From: Candidatus Azambacteria bacterium
GTDB lineage: Bacteria; Patescibacteriota; Minisyncoccia; UBA10092
Direction of reading: 5' to 3'
DNA: 64,000 nt
Assembly: GCA_016213445.1 (NCBI GenBank)
Contig: JACRAJ010000001.1
Coordinates: 14,203 to 78,202 of the forward strand
Within the stretch, counting starts at the first letter, position 1, and every line of letters starts with the position of its first letter. The translations under genes were made by a program, and so were the position numbers. Positions 37,599 to 47,735 of this stretch are shown in pieces. Below the pieces are notes generated by a model. It was not told where the DNA came from and did no database searches. It was given only the letters and a program-made list of their open reading frames with translations.

Positions 37599-38344
37599 TT
37601 TTAATTTAGACACAATTATGAAAAATTATTATCAACTCGCAATATATTGCGCCTATAAATTATCTCATGCAACATTTAAAGCCAAATATTCGCGATATGT
37701 TCGATATTGGTATTTTTCTTTTTAAGAAAAAGCAGCCGCTTGCCGCCCAATTTGTTTCCATATCCTTATTTTTACGCCTCCGGCTTCTCATATTATTTGT
37801 CCTTACCCTGCCCGCAGCAGGGCTTGTTGAACCTATCGAAAAGATTTGCTCCGATGATATTTTCGAACTCATTTACCTAATTTTAATCTTATTATTTCTT
37901 CAATTACCACTTTATTTCGCTTACAGCAGAAATTCAGCTTTTAACTAAAAATTAAAATCTTTTTCCGTAATCAAATCATCTCCTGATTCGCCATAAAACT
38001 AAAACCTATGTTTATATGGGGCATTTGACGCCGAACAAACATAAAAATGTTTTAATTTTTTAAAACATCGGCAATGGCAAACAAATTAAAAATAAATATT
38101 GATTTGATATTGGCAAAATTAATCCAAAAAAGTTTTTTTAATTTCCGCGCCAAAAAATCGCGGCTTCCCAATAATCTCTTTTTCTTCAATCTTCTTTTCT
38201 CTTTGTTTTGATAAAATCATTTTTTTCTCAACTAAAAACCTCAAAAAATTAACAAAAAACTGGCGCCAATTCGCTTAAAAAGTTAATCGGTAAGATTGGA
38301 AATGAATGCGGTAAAATTCCGAATTTTTGATAACTAACAGCAAA

Positions 38345-38378
38345 AACAACAAACAAAAAAACAGCCGAAACATGGCTG
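38345..38378 (-). terminator. leuS terminator
   Basis: Minus strand reads CAGCC-atgtttc-GGCTG followed by TTTTTTTGTTTG. Confidence 0.6.
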
Positions 38379-38401
38379 CCATGGCTAAATTTTGACAATC
38401 G

Positions 38402-40918
38402 CTACAAAACGATATTTATCAGCCTGCCGGGCACGAATATTATCTTTTTTATCTCCCCGCCCGCGATATGTTTCTTAATCGCATCGCGGGATAAAACCAA
38501 ATTTTCAATCTCAACGCGATCAAGCCTTTTCGATACTCTGACTTTGTCGCGCAACTTTCCGCCAATTTGAATAAGCAGGTCATAATCCCCTTCTTTAATG
38601 AATTTCGGATCGTATTTCGGCCACGACTCCAGGTGTATCGATTTTTTGTTTCCCAAATTGCGCCAAAACTCTTCGGCTAAATGCGGGGCGAAAGGAGCGA
38701 TTAATTTCAAAAAAGTTCGAGCCTCCTCTTTTGAGAGATTTTCTTTTTCCATTTTATTGAATAAAATCATAAGCGCGCTTACGGCCGTATTGAACCTGAA
38801 ATTTTCAATATCTTCCCCCACTTTTTTTATGGTCTGATGCAATAATCTTTGCAGTTCCTGATTTTCAGCATTTGAAAATTGAGAATTGAAAATTGAAAAT
38901 TTAGCGTATATTCTATCCAAAAATCTCTTTATGCCTAAAATGCCGGTCGAACTCCAAGGCCCGCCCTGGCTGTATTCCCCCATAAAACACAGGTACATTC
39001 TTGCCGTATCGGCGCCATATTTTTCAACCAAATCATCGGGATCAACAATATTTCCCCTGGATTTGGACATTTTTTGGCCGTCTGTGCCGAGGATAATCCC
39101 CTGATGGCGCAAAGCCTCAAAAGGCTCGCCAAACTCCAAATAACCGCTATTTTTCAAAGCTTTGACGAAAAATCTTGAATAAAGCAAATGCATCACCGCA
39201 TGCTCGGCGCCGCCGATGTACATGTTAACCGGAAGCCAGGCGTTTAATTTTTTCTTGTCGGCAAACCGTTTTTTATTTTTCGGGTCGGCATAGCGAAGGA
39301 AGTACCAGGAAGAATCGACAAAGGTATCCATAGTGTCGGTTTCTCTTGTCGCCTTTTTTCCGCATTTCGGACATTTGGCGTTTACAAAATTTTTCGCGCG
39401 CGCCAAGGGCGACTTGCCGCCGGCAACTGGTTTGAAATTTTTAAGCGGAGGCAATCTCACCGGAAGGTTTTTTTCGGGCGCCGCAATCCAGCCGGGATTT
39501 TCAAATTCGCCTTTGGAGAATTCATTGTTTCCGGCGTTTGATTTTCCGTTTCTGATTTTGTCCGCGCAATGTTTGCAAAAAACAATCGGAATGGGCGCGC
39601 CCCAATAGCGCTGGCGGGAAACAATCCAATCGCGCATTTTATACTGCGTCGAAAAATCTCCCAAATTTTTTTCTTTCAGCCATTCGGTGATTTTTTTTCT
39701 TCCTTCGGCCGAATTTACTCCCGTAAATTCGCCCGAATTAACAATAAGGCCGCCTTCAACGTAGGGTTTGTTTTCCGGCCATTCCCGCCCCGGATCGATT
39801 ACTTTCACGATTGGCAAATTGAATTTTTTGGCAAATTCAAAATCGCGCTCATCATGCGCCGGCACGGCCATAATGGCTCCCGTTCCGTAATTCATCAAAA
39901 CATAATCGGAAATCCAGATCGGAATTTTTTCTTCATTTGCCGGATTAACGGCGTAAGCGCCGGTGAAAACTCCGGTTTTTTCACGCTCCAAACTTGTTCT
40001 CTCAAGTTCCGTTTTCAAATGAGCATTGGCGACATAATGGCGGATATCCTCTTTTTGTTCTTTCGTCGCCAGCGACTCAACCAGCGGGTGCTCCGGGGCA
40101 ATAACCAAATAGGTCGCTCCGAAAAGCGTGTCCGGCCGGGTGGTAAACACCTCAATATAGTTTTGGGATTTTGGTAATTGGGATTTGTTTAGAAATTGGA
40201 AATTAGAAATTAGAAATTTAACTTTAGCTCCTTCCGACTTGCCAATCCAATTCTTCTGCATTATTTTTGTGCGCTCCGGCCAATTTAATTTATCCAGATC
40301 TGCCAGCAGCTCATCGGCATAATCGGTTATTTTCAGCATCCATTGATCAATTTCTTTTTGAATAACCAAAGTGTCGGGATGGCGCCAACAACGGCCGTCA
40401 ATCACCTGTTCATTGGCCAAAACCGCCTGATCTTTGGGACACCAATTCGCCAGAGTTTTCTTTTTATACGCCAAGCCGGCTTCGTATAATTTTAAAAACA
40501 TCCACTGGGTCCATTTGTAATAATTCGGATCGGCGCTCACAACTTCCCTCGACCAATCGTAAATATTGCCCATGGACTTGAGCTGTTTTCTCATTGCCGA
40601 AATATTTTTATATGTCCAATCGCGAGGATGAATTTTATTTTTAATGGCGGCGTTTTCCGCCGGAAGCCCGAAAGCGTCAAAACCGATGGGGCTTAAAACG
40701 TTAAAACCTTTCATTCTTTTAAAGCGCGCGTAAACATCGGCCGGCGCATAATTGTACCAGTGGCCCATATGAAGATTGCCCGAAGGATACGGGAACATCA
40801 CCAGATGATAAAAATTGTCCTTGTTTTTAACCCGGTCTTTGGTTTTGTATATGCCGGATTTATCCCAGACTTTCTGCCACTTTTTTTCGATTTTTTCCGC
40901 GTTGCGCATTTTTTTCAA
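38402..40918 (-). CDS. leuS: Leucine--tRNA ligase
   Basis: 838 aa with PYPSGNLHMGHWYNY (HIGH) and KMSKSRGN. Full-length LeuRS with a CP1 editing domain. Two AT-heptamer inserts. Confidence 0.97.
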   Translation of the reverse strand: MKKMRNAEKIEKKWQKVWDKSGIYKTKDRVKNKDNFYHLVMFPYPSGNLHMGHWYNYAPADVYARFKRMKGFNVLSPIGFDAFGLPAENAAIKNKIHPRDWTYKNISAMRKQLKSMGNIYDWSREVVSADPNYYKWTQWMFLKLYEAGLAYKKKTLANWCPKDQAVLANEQVIDGRCWRHPDTLVIQKEIDQWMLKITDYADELLADLDKLNWPERTKIMQKNWIGKSEGAKVKFLISNFQFLNKSQLPKSQNYIEVFTTRPDTLFGATYLVIAPEHPLVESLATKEQKEDIRHYVANAHLKTELERTSLEREKTGVFTGAYAVNPANEEKIPIWISDYVLMNYGTGAIMAVPAHDERDFEFAKKFNLPIVKVIDPGREWPENKPYVEGGLIVNSGEFTGVNSAEGRKKITEWLKEKNLGDFSTQYKMRDWIVSRQRYWGAPIPIVFCKHCADKIRNGKSNAGNNEFSKGEFENPGWIAAPEKNLPVRLPPLKNFKPVAGGKSPLARAKNFVNAKCPKCGKKATRETDTMDTFVDSSWYFLRYADPKNKKRFADKKKLNAWLPVNMYIGGAEHAVMHLLYSRFFVKALKNSGYLEFGEPFEALRHQGIILGTDGQKMSKSRGNIVDPDDLVEKYGADTARMYLCFMGEYSQGGPWSSTGILGIKRFLDRIYAKFSIFNSQFSNAENQELQRLLHQTIKKVGEDIENFRFNTAVSALMILFNKMEKENLSKEEARTFLKLIAPFAPHLAEEFWRNLGNKKSIHLESWPKYDPKFIKEGDYDLLIQIGGKLRDKVRVSKRLDRVEIENLVLSRDAIKKHIAGGEIKKIIFVPGRLINIVL
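38871..38902. repeat. AT heptamer tract in leuS (GAAAATT GAGAATT GAAAATT GAAAATT)
   Basis: Translated in frame as KFSIFNSQFSN. Confidence 0.85.
40161..40222. repeat. ~60-bp AT-rich element in leuS (ATTGGGATTTG head plus GGAAATT AGAAATT AGAAATT)
   Basis: Translated in frame as FLISNFQFLNKSQLPKSQNY, directly before the conserved FTTRPDT motif. The same element is intergenic at 24771-24840 and 46321-46385. Confidence 0.85.
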
Positions 40919-41007
40919 TTGTAATTTAAAAAAACTTTAAAATCAATCTTAAAAAATGCAGCATTTCCCGGCGATAGCAAATAAATGCTGGCGCAATCCG
41001 CGATCAA

Positions 41008-41850
41008 TTAAAGATTAATTTTAAAAAGCTTTATCGCGTTTTCAGCCGTTCTCTCCGCCGCCGTTTCGAAATCCAAATTTTTCCATTCCGCGATTTTACG
41101 GATAACGAATTCAACAAAATCCGGTTCATTGCGCTTGCCCCTATGGGGAACCGGCGCGGCAAACGGCGAATCCGTTTCGGCAAGAATTCTGTCGATTGGA
41201 ACATATTCAACCAATTCTTTATATTGACCGGCGCCAGCCAGAGGCTGGCCGGCCTTGGGTTGGAACGTTATCGGGCCGGCAAAAGAAATATAAAATCCCA
41301 AATCCAAAAATTTCTTGGCAATTTCTTTCGAGCCACTGAAAAAATGAACGACGCCGCTACTAGCGACACGTGACATGTTACAAGCAATAAGCATGTCTAA
41401 AGCATCTTCATAAGCGTCCGCAGTCCCTGGGGTCGGCCGGCAATGGATTATAAGCGGTTTTCCTAATTCTTTCGCCAATTCGACTTGCTTTACAAAAATC
41501 TCTTTCTGCCTTTCCCTTGTCTTATGTCTCATGTCGCTTGTCGCTCTGTAGTAGTCCAATCCGCACTCGCCTATCGCGATTATTTTCGTATCATAAGCCA
41601 ATTTTTTAAAATCATTCCAATCGGAAAAATCCGCGCCATCATCCTTGGCAACATCGTGAGGGTGAATCCCGGCCGACGCCCAAATCAAATCCGGATATTC
41701 TTCGGCAAGCGCCAGTGCTTTTTGAGAATCTTGCAAATCCGTGCCGACATTTATGATTTTAACGCCGAAATCGCGAAGCTTTTTAATTATTTTTTCGCGG
41801 TCGTCATTAAATTGCGAAAAATGAAGATGGCAATGAGAATCAAATAACAT
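41008..41850 (-). CDS. tatD: TatD-family metal-dependent hydrolase/DNase
   Basis: Start set at MLFDSHCHLHF (41850); the 59 codons upstream in the track ORF overlap metG and a repeat. Carries an in-frame heptamer tract (ATSDMRHKTRE). Confidence 0.85.
   Translation of the reverse strand: MLFDSHCHLHFSQFNDDREKIIKKLRDFGVKIINVGTDLQDSQKALALAEEYPDLIWASAGIHPHDVAKDDGADFSDWNDFKKLAYDTKIIAIGECGLDYYRATSDMRHKTRERQKEIFVKQVELAKELGKPLIIHCRPTPGTADAYEDALDMLIACNMSRVASSGVVHFFSGSKEIAKKFLDLGFYISFAGPITFQPKAGQPLAGAGQYKELVEYVPIDRILAETDSPFAAPVPHRGKRNEPDFVEFVIRKIAEWKNLDFETAAERTAENAIKLFKINL
41515..41549. repeat. GC heptamer tract in tatD
   Basis: CCTTGTC TTATGTC TCATGTC GCTTGTC GCTCTGT. Confidence 0.8.
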
Positions 41851-41896
41851 AAAAAATTCAAAATTAGAAATTTGATATTGCGGACAGAATTTAAAA

Positions 41897-43345
41897 TTAC
41901 CGGAGGCGCGGGAAAAGCGCAATAGATTTTTTACTCTCAACCGCTTCGGCGATTTTATCCGAAGTATCCGGCAAAAACGGCGCAACCAGCTTTCCGATTT
42001 CCGAAACCAGATATAAAAGAGCGCCAACTATTTTTTTGTATTCATCGGAATCCGGACTAAGCGTCCACGGTTTTTTGTCATCGACATATTTGTCGCCGGC
42101 GGCGATAATTCGCCAAATGCCATATAACGCATCGCTGAATTTAAAATCTTTCAGCGACTCGCCGATATTTTTATCCGCATCTGCAATAACGGTTTCAAAA
42201 ATTTTCGGCTCCAAAGAAATATCGGACTTCGCGGCCAGCGTTAAAACGCGGCTCGCTAAATTGCCAAGGCCTTTCGCCAGATCGGCATTATATCTTTCTT
42301 CAAACTTTTCATAAGTGAATTCGCCATCTTCTCCCGAAGGAATTTCACGCAACAAATAATATCGCAAAGCGTCGACTCCGTATTTCCCGATGATTTCAAA
42401 CGGATCGACAAGATTTCCGAGCGATTTGGACATTTTTTCCCCGCCTGCGGTTATAAAACCATGCGCCCATATCGTTTTCGGCAAAGGAAGTTTTGCCGCG
42501 AGAAGCATGCCCGGCCATATTGCGGCATGAAATCTCAAAATATCCTTGCCGATAACGTGAATATCGGCAGGCCAATATTTTTTAAACATGCCGCTTGCCG
42601 CTTGCCGCTTGCCGCTATCTTGGCCGTATCCGAGAGCGGTAATATAATTTGACAGCGCGTCGCACCAAACATATATTGTTTGGCTGTCGTCGCCAGGAAC
42701 GGGAATGCCCCAATTCAGATCTTTGCTTGGCCGGGAAAAACTGACGTCCTCCAATCCTTCATTTATTAAAGACAGAATTTCATTCTTGCGTGAAACGGGA
42801 AAAATTCGCAATTCCTCATTTTCAATTTTCGATTTTATTTCTTCCGAGTATTTTGACAGACGAAAAAAATAATTTTCTTCTTCAATAATTTCCGGCTTGG
42901 TTTTGTGAATGGCACAAACGCCTCCGATCAAGTCTTTTTCGGCAACAAACGCTTCATGCCCGGCGCAGTAAAGCCCGCGATAAGCTTTTTTGTAAATATC
43001 ACCCGAATCAACCAATGCCGACCACAATTTTTGAGCTCCCGGCCAATGCCTTTCTTGATCGGAGGTTCTTATAAAATCATCATTCGAAATATCTAAAATT
43101 TCAGCGAGTTTTTTAAATTTAGAAGAGTTTTCGTCAACCAGTTGTTTTGGAGTTTTCCCCGATTTTTCCGCCGTTCTCGCGATTTTTACGCCATGTTCGT
43201 CGGCGCCGGTTAGAAAAAAAACATCATCGCCTTTGGCGCGATGGCGGCGCGCCAAAACATCGGCTTGAACAAATTCCAAAGCATGGCCGATATGCGGGCC
43301 GGCATTCATGTAAGGTATGGAAGTGGTGATGTAAAACTTGTCCAT
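41897..43345 (-). CDS. metG: Methionine--tRNA ligase (short form, no C-terminal tRNA-binding domain)
   Basis: 482 aa with PYMNAGPHIGHALE (HIGH) and KMSKSLGN. Confidence 0.95.
   Translation of the reverse strand: MDKFYITTSIPYMNAGPHIGHALEFVQADVLARRHRAKGDDVFFLTGADEHGVKIARTAEKSGKTPKQLVDENSSKFKKLAEILDISNDDFIRTSDQERHWPGAQKLWSALVDSGDIYKKAYRGLYCAGHEAFVAEKDLIGGVCAIHKTKPEIIEEENYFFRLSKYSEEIKSKIENEELRIFPVSRKNEILSLINEGLEDVSFSRPSKDLNWGIPVPGDDSQTIYVWCDALSNYITALGYGQDSGKRQAASGMFKKYWPADIHVIGKDILRFHAAIWPGMLLAAKLPLPKTIWAHGFITAGGEKMSKSLGNLVDPFEIIGKYGVDALRYYLLREIPSGEDGEFTYEKFEERYNADLAKGLGNLASRVLTLAAKSDISLEPKIFETVIADADKNIGESLKDFKFSDALYGIWRIIAAGDKYVDDKKPWTLSPDSDEYKKIVGALLYLVSEIGKLVAPFLPDTSDKIAEAVESKKSIALFPRLR
42587..42620. 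repeat. GC heptamer tract in metG (CATGCC + 3x GCTTGCC)
   Basis: Translated in frame as DSGKRQAASGM. Confidence 0.9.
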
Positions 43346-43381
43346 GCGTTAAAATTAGCATAAAATAACGAATATTACCAA

Positions 43382-43888
43382 ATGATTTTAACATCGCACA
43401 TAATAGCTTCCGGCCTTCTGGGATCAACAACTAAAAATTATTTTATAGCCGGCGCGATCGGTTTGGTTAGCCATTATATTTTAGACGCAATTCCCCACAG
43501 CGAGTATTCCTTAAACGAAGCTGCATTTCAATCTGGCATTAAAACCGGTTATTTTAAAAACAAAAAATTTTGGCGGGAAATCGCGAAAGTCGCGCTTGAC
43601 GGATTGATCGGATTCGCTTTTCTTTTTATTATTATTGCCACCGCTTTTAAAAATTATTCTCCCGAGAACAGCGGCTCGGCGGCAATTGGCGCATTTTTCG
43701 GCGTTTTGCCGGATATTTTGCAATTTCTATATTGGATAACGGGATGGCGATTTTTAAAATGGAATTCCGACTTTCAGAATTTTACGCATTATTTCACCTA
43801 CAAATGCCAAAACCGGGCTTTTCGGCCCGGAATCATCACTCAAATTGCGACGATTGCAATTATTTTTTTGACTTTATATAAAATTTAA
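43382..43888 (+). CDS. Hypothetical membrane protein (possibly YdjM/DUF457-like)
   Basis: 168 aa with 4 hydrophobic segments and LVSHYILDAIPH. Tentative. Confidence 0.4.
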   Translation: MILTSHIIASGLLGSTTKNYFIAGAIGLVSHYILDAIPHSEYSLNEAAFQSGIKTGYFKNKKFWREIAKVALDGLIGFAFLFIIIATAFKNYSPENSGSAAIGAFFGVLPDILQFLYWITGWRFLKWNSDFQNFTHYFTYKCQNRAFRPGIITQIATIAIIFLTLYKI

Positions 43889-43923
43889 ACGTTGCCGCGG
43901 CAATGTTTAAATTTTATCCGCTT

Positions 43924-44955
43924 TCAAGAATGGGAGGATGCCAATTTGCGTTTTGCCAAGTCATCGAAAAATTCATCAATGACAGCCGCAATGGGCACAG
44001 CCAAAAGAGCGCCTAAAATGCCGCCGAGTTTTACGCCGACAAGAAGCGCCAAAATAATCGCGACCGGGTTAAGGCCCACTAATTTTTTTACAAGCAAAGG
44101 CACTAAAATATGGCCTTCAAGCTGTTGGGCAACGATAAAAAATATCAATGTCCAAATCCCCAACACCACCGACTGCGAAAGCGCCAAAAGCGTCGCCAAA
44201 CCGCCGGCCACAATAGGGCCGACAAAAGGCACAATTTCCAAAGCGGCGACAAGCACGGCAATTAAAAAGGCGTATTTCATTCCTAAAATCCAAAGACCCA
44301 AACCGACGACAGTCGCCATAACCAAACTTAAAAGCATCTGGGCTTGCAGCCAGCGGCCCATTTTCTTTTGAGCGCGAGCCCAAAGCCCGTAAGCGTAATT
44401 TTCAAATTGCGGCGGCAATATCGATCTTAAAAAATTATCCAAAGCGCCCCGCGAAATGGATAGATAAAATGAAATGACTAAAACGACAATAAGCGAAACA
44501 AAGCCGCCAAAAATCGAAGAAGCGTAAGAAATCAACGATGTAAAGCTTGGAATTTGGCCCGTTAATTGAAAAAGCAAATCGTGAATATTTCCGGAAAGAC
44601 CCGGCAAAAACGCCATCATTCCAACCGCCTCTTCTATTTTTCCGAAATAGATCGGATAATTTTGAGAAAAGTCGCGAAGCTGATCAAGTATGAGCGGCAG
44701 GAAAATATAAATTAAAGCCGCAAAACAAACAACAAACAACAAATAAACGGCTATTAAAGTCAAAAGGCGGGGAATTTTTTTGCTTTGAGCGTACTCCAAC
44801 AAAGGCTCCAGCGCCGAAGAGATGATTATGGCAAAAATCAGAATGCCCACAACATCGCGCACCATAAAAAGCAACGTCGCCAAAATGCCGATGCCCAGCA
44901 CCCAAAAAATAGTTTTGGGCGAAATTTCCACAATTGTCCTGCGAGTATCCGCCAT
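43924..44955 (-). CDS. AI-2E family transporter (PerM-like permease)
   Basis: 343 aa with 7-8 TM segments. The topology and C-terminal GILGALLAVPIAAV are typical of the family. Confidence 0.7.
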   Translation of the reverse strand: MADTRRTIVEISPKTIFWVLGIGILATLLFMVRDVVGILIFAIIISSALEPLLEYAQSKKIPRLLTLIAVYLLFVVCFAALIYIFLPLILDQLRDFSQNYPIYFGKIEEAVGMMAFLPGLSGNIHDLLFQLTGQIPSFTSLISYASSIFGGFVSLIVVLVISFYLSISRGALDNFLRSILPPQFENYAYGLWARAQKKMGRWLQAQMLLSLVMATVVGLGLWILGMKYAFLIAVLVAALEIVPFVGPIVAGGLATLLALSQSVVLGIWTLIFFIVAQQLEGHILVPLLVKKLVGLNPVAIILALLVGVKLGGILGALLAVPIAAVIDEFFDDLAKRKLASSHS

Positions 44956-45008
44956 TGAATTTATTATAAGTAAAAAACGGGAAAAATCAAATGCTCGAAA
45001 AGCGGAGG

Positions 45009-46274
45009 CTATATTTCCAATAAATCAACAAACGGTTTTTCATCTTTAAACGGCCCCACAATGGCTAAATTTAATTTTTCCGGCCGGAAAATATCTTGCG
45101 CCGCTTTTAAAACATCGTCGGCGGTTACCGCTTGAATTTTTTTAATCAAATCTTCGGGCTTTATAATTTCTTTTTTCAAAATTTCCTGAAAACAATAAAA
45201 ACTCGCCAATTCGTCCGATGTTTCAATGCTTAAAATCAACCCGCCTTCCATGTGTTCTTTGGCTTTGTTTAGTTCATCTTCGCTTACTTTGATTGTTTTT
45301 ATTTTTCGGTATTCTTCCAATATGGATTTTATTATTTCGTCCGCCCGGCGGTTATCAATGCCGGCGCTGGTCGCCAAATAACCCGTATCGGTTGAAGCGT
45401 CCTCGTTGGTCCGCACGTAATAAGCCGCGCCCATTTTGTCGCGAAGCAAATCGAAAAGTCGGGAAGACATTCCCCCGCCCAAAATGGTAGCCAAAACTTC
45501 GGCGGCAAAGCGCCTGTCATCCCAAATATCATAAGATCTGGCGCCCAAAATAATATGGGTTTGGTCGGTTTTTTTATAAAACAATTTCATTGCCGGTTTT
45601 TCCTGCGATTCTTTTGCCGGAATTTTGTCTTTTCCCTTTGAATCGCTGATTGACCCGAAAAGAACTTTTATTTTTTCCACCACATCGTCCGAATCTATCA
45701 TTCCCGCAACCGCAACAACGGTGTTTGAGGCCGTATAGTGGTCTTTGTGATACTTTACAAAATCTTCGCGATTAAGCTTGTTGATGATTTCTTTTTTTCC
45801 GGCGGTATCCCATCCGGCCGGCTGATCGCCGTATAAAAGATCTATCCAAACATCGCCAACCTTTCTCGACGGCATATCTTCGTACATATTTATTTCTTCG
45901 ATAATCACGCCTCTTTCTTTATTAATTTCTTCTTGGTCGAAATTGGGATTCAAAGTGATATCGGAAATAATATCCAACAGCAAATCCTGATGCCGGCCAT
46001 CGGCTTTGGCATAATAACCGGTGTATTCTTGGCTGGTAAAAGCGTTATATTGGCCGCCGATTCTATCAAGCGGCTCGGCGATGGCAAGCGGCGTCGGCCT
46101 TTTTTTGGTGCCCTTAAAAGTCATGTGCTCCAAAAAATGGGAAATGCCGTTTATGTCTTTTGTTTCATATTTGGAGCCAGTTGCCACAAGCGTTAAAACC
46201 GTCACCGTTTTGGTGTTCGCCATTGGTATGGTGATGATTCTTAGGCCGTTGGGCAATGTTGTTTTTTTGTACAT
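45009..46274 (-). CDS. M16 family zinc peptidase (pitrilysin-like)
   Basis: HxxEH motif in GISHFLEHMTFKGT; 421 aa. Confidence 0.85.
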   Translation of the reverse strand: MYKKTTLPNGLRIITIPMANTKTVTVLTLVATGSKYETKDINGISHFLEHMTFKGTKKRPTPLAIAEPLDRIGGQYNAFTSQEYTGYYAKADGRHQDLLLDIISDITLNPNFDQEEINKERGVIIEEINMYEDMPSRKVGDVWIDLLYGDQPAGWDTAGKKEIINKLNREDFVKYHKDHYTASNTVVAVAGMIDSDDVVEKIKVLFGSISDSKGKDKIPAKESQEKPAMKLFYKKTDQTHIILGARSYDIWDDRRFAAEVLATILGGGMSSRLFDLLRDKMGAAYYVRTNEDASTDTGYLATSAGIDNRRADEIIKSILEEYRKIKTIKVSEDELNKAKEHMEGGLILSIETSDELASFYCFQEILKKEIIKPEDLIKKIQAVTADDVLKAAQDIFRPEKLNLAIVGPFKDEKPFVDLLEI

Positions 46275-46385
46275 GGTCTCAAAAATTGACCTAATTATTT
46301 TAATTGATCTAAAAATTTAAAAATAGAAATTATAAATTGGGATTTGATTAGAAATTAGAATAATTAGAAATTAGGTTAATTATCT
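46275..46385. repeat. AT-rich repeat element in the glyQS-peptidase spacer
   Basis: AAATTGGGATTTGATTAGAAATTAGAATAATTAGAAATTAGGTTAATTA, plus an inverted AATTGACCTAAT. Confidence 0.8.
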
Positions 46386-47698
46386 AATTTACTTTCAAAA
46401 TATTCCCGCAATTCCGCAATCGCCACTCTCTCCTGTTTCATCGTGTCCCTGTCGCGAACCGTGATTTTTTTGTCTTCCAGCGATTCAAAATCAACAGTAA
46501 TGCACCAAGGCGTGCCGATTTCATCCTGCGAATAATACCGCTTGCCGATATTGCCCCTGTCGTCCCACGCAACCGTAAAATATTTCCGCAAGTCATTATA
46601 AATTTTTCGCGCCGATTCCACAAGTTCCGGCTTGTTCGCCAGAAGCGGAAAAACGGCAATTTTATATGGAGCCAATTTTGGATTGAATTTTAAAACTGTT
46701 CTGTTATTTTCTTCGCTATAAGCATCGATTATTAAAAATAAAAGTGACCGATCAACTCCGGCGGACGTTTCGATATCCCAAGGGATATAATTTTCGCCTG
46801 TTTCGGAATCGTGATACGACATATTCTGGCCTGAAAATTTTTGATGGCGGGATAAATCCCAATCACCCCGATGATGAATGCCCATAAATTCCTGCCATCC
46901 CCACGGGCTGTTATATTCAATATCGGTCGCCGCTTTGGCATAGTGCGCTCGCTCATCGTCTGCATGATCGCGAAAACGCAAATTTTCTTTTTTAATTCCC
47001 AGAGAAACGTACCAATCCATTCGATTTTTTTTCCAATATTCAAACCATTTTTCGCCTTCTAATTTTTCTGGTTTTATATAATACTGAACTTCCATCTGTT
47101 CAAACTCTCGCGAACGGAAAGTGAAATTACCCGGTGTAATTTCGTTTCTAAACGCTTTGCCGATTTGAGCAATGCCAAAAGGAATTTTTACGCGAGTCGA
47201 ATCAACAACATTTTTAAAATTAACGTGGACACCATTCGTAATTTCCCCCCTAAGATAAATTTCGGATTGTTCGCCCTCAACCACGCCCAAATACGCTTTA
47301 ACGAGCAGATTAAATGTTTTTGGTTCGGTCCATTCAACTTTTTGGTCTTTATGTTCTTTTTCGTGACTCTTTATTTCTTCCATCTTGTCAGCGCGAAAAC
47401 GCTGATGGCAAATTTTGCATTCAACCAGCGGATCGGAAAACGATTCCACATGCCCGCTGGCTTCCCATGCTTTAGGATTCATCATAATAGCTGTATCTAT
47501 ACCCACAACGTCATCGCGAATTTGCACCATCTCCTTCCACCAAAGGTCTTTGATGTTCTTTTTCAGAAGCGAACCGGCAGGGCCGTAGTCCCAAGTGCCA
47601 GCCAGCCCTCCGTAAATTTCCGAACCCGGAAAAACAAAACCCCGCCTTTTGCAAAGCGAAACTATTTTTTCCATTGCATTCGTTTTATTTTCATTCAT
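46376..47698 (-). CDS. glyQS: Glycine--tRNA ligase (class II, dimeric GlyQS type)
   Basis: MEKIVSLCKRRGFVFPGSEIYGGLAGTWDYGPAG is the hallmark N-terminus. Start placed at MNENK (47698). Confidence 0.93.
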   Translation of the reverse strand: MNENKTNAMEKIVSLCKRRGFVFPGSEIYGGLAGTWDYGPAGSLLKKNIKDLWWKEMVQIRDDVVGIDTAIMMNPKAWEASGHVESFSDPLVECKICHQRFRADKMEEIKSHEKEHKDQKVEWTEPKTFNLLVKAYLGVVEGEQSEIYLRGEITNGVHVNFKNVVDSTRVKIPFGIAQIGKAFRNEITPGNFTFRSREFEQMEVQYYIKPEKLEGEKWFEYWKKNRMDWYVSLGIKKENLRFRDHADDERAHYAKAATDIEYNSPWGWQEFMGIHHRGDWDLSRHQKFSGQNMSYHDSETGENYIPWDIETSAGVDRSLLFLIIDAYSEENNRTVLKFNPKLAPYKIAVFPLLANKPELVESARKIYNDLRKYFTVAWDDRGNIGKRYYSQDEIGTPWCITVDFESLEDKKITVRDRDTMKQERVAIAELREYFESKLDN

Positions 47699-47735
47699 GG
47701 ATTCTCGGTAAAATAACACAAACGGCAAAAAAGCT

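Noticed and set aside
37660-37948. ORFs 37660..37872 (-) and 37667..37948 (+) in the non-coding region upstream of the giant gene
   Set aside because: They are mutually overlapping, have no start context, and have AT-rich-driven composition. The plus-strand one is hydrophobic and could be a small membrane protein, but the evidence is insufficient.
41851-42027. N-terminal 59-codon extension of the tatD ORF
   Set aside because: It overlaps the metG 3' end and an AT-heptamer repeat (YQISNFEFF). The canonical TatD N-terminus MLFDSHCHLHF begins at 41850.
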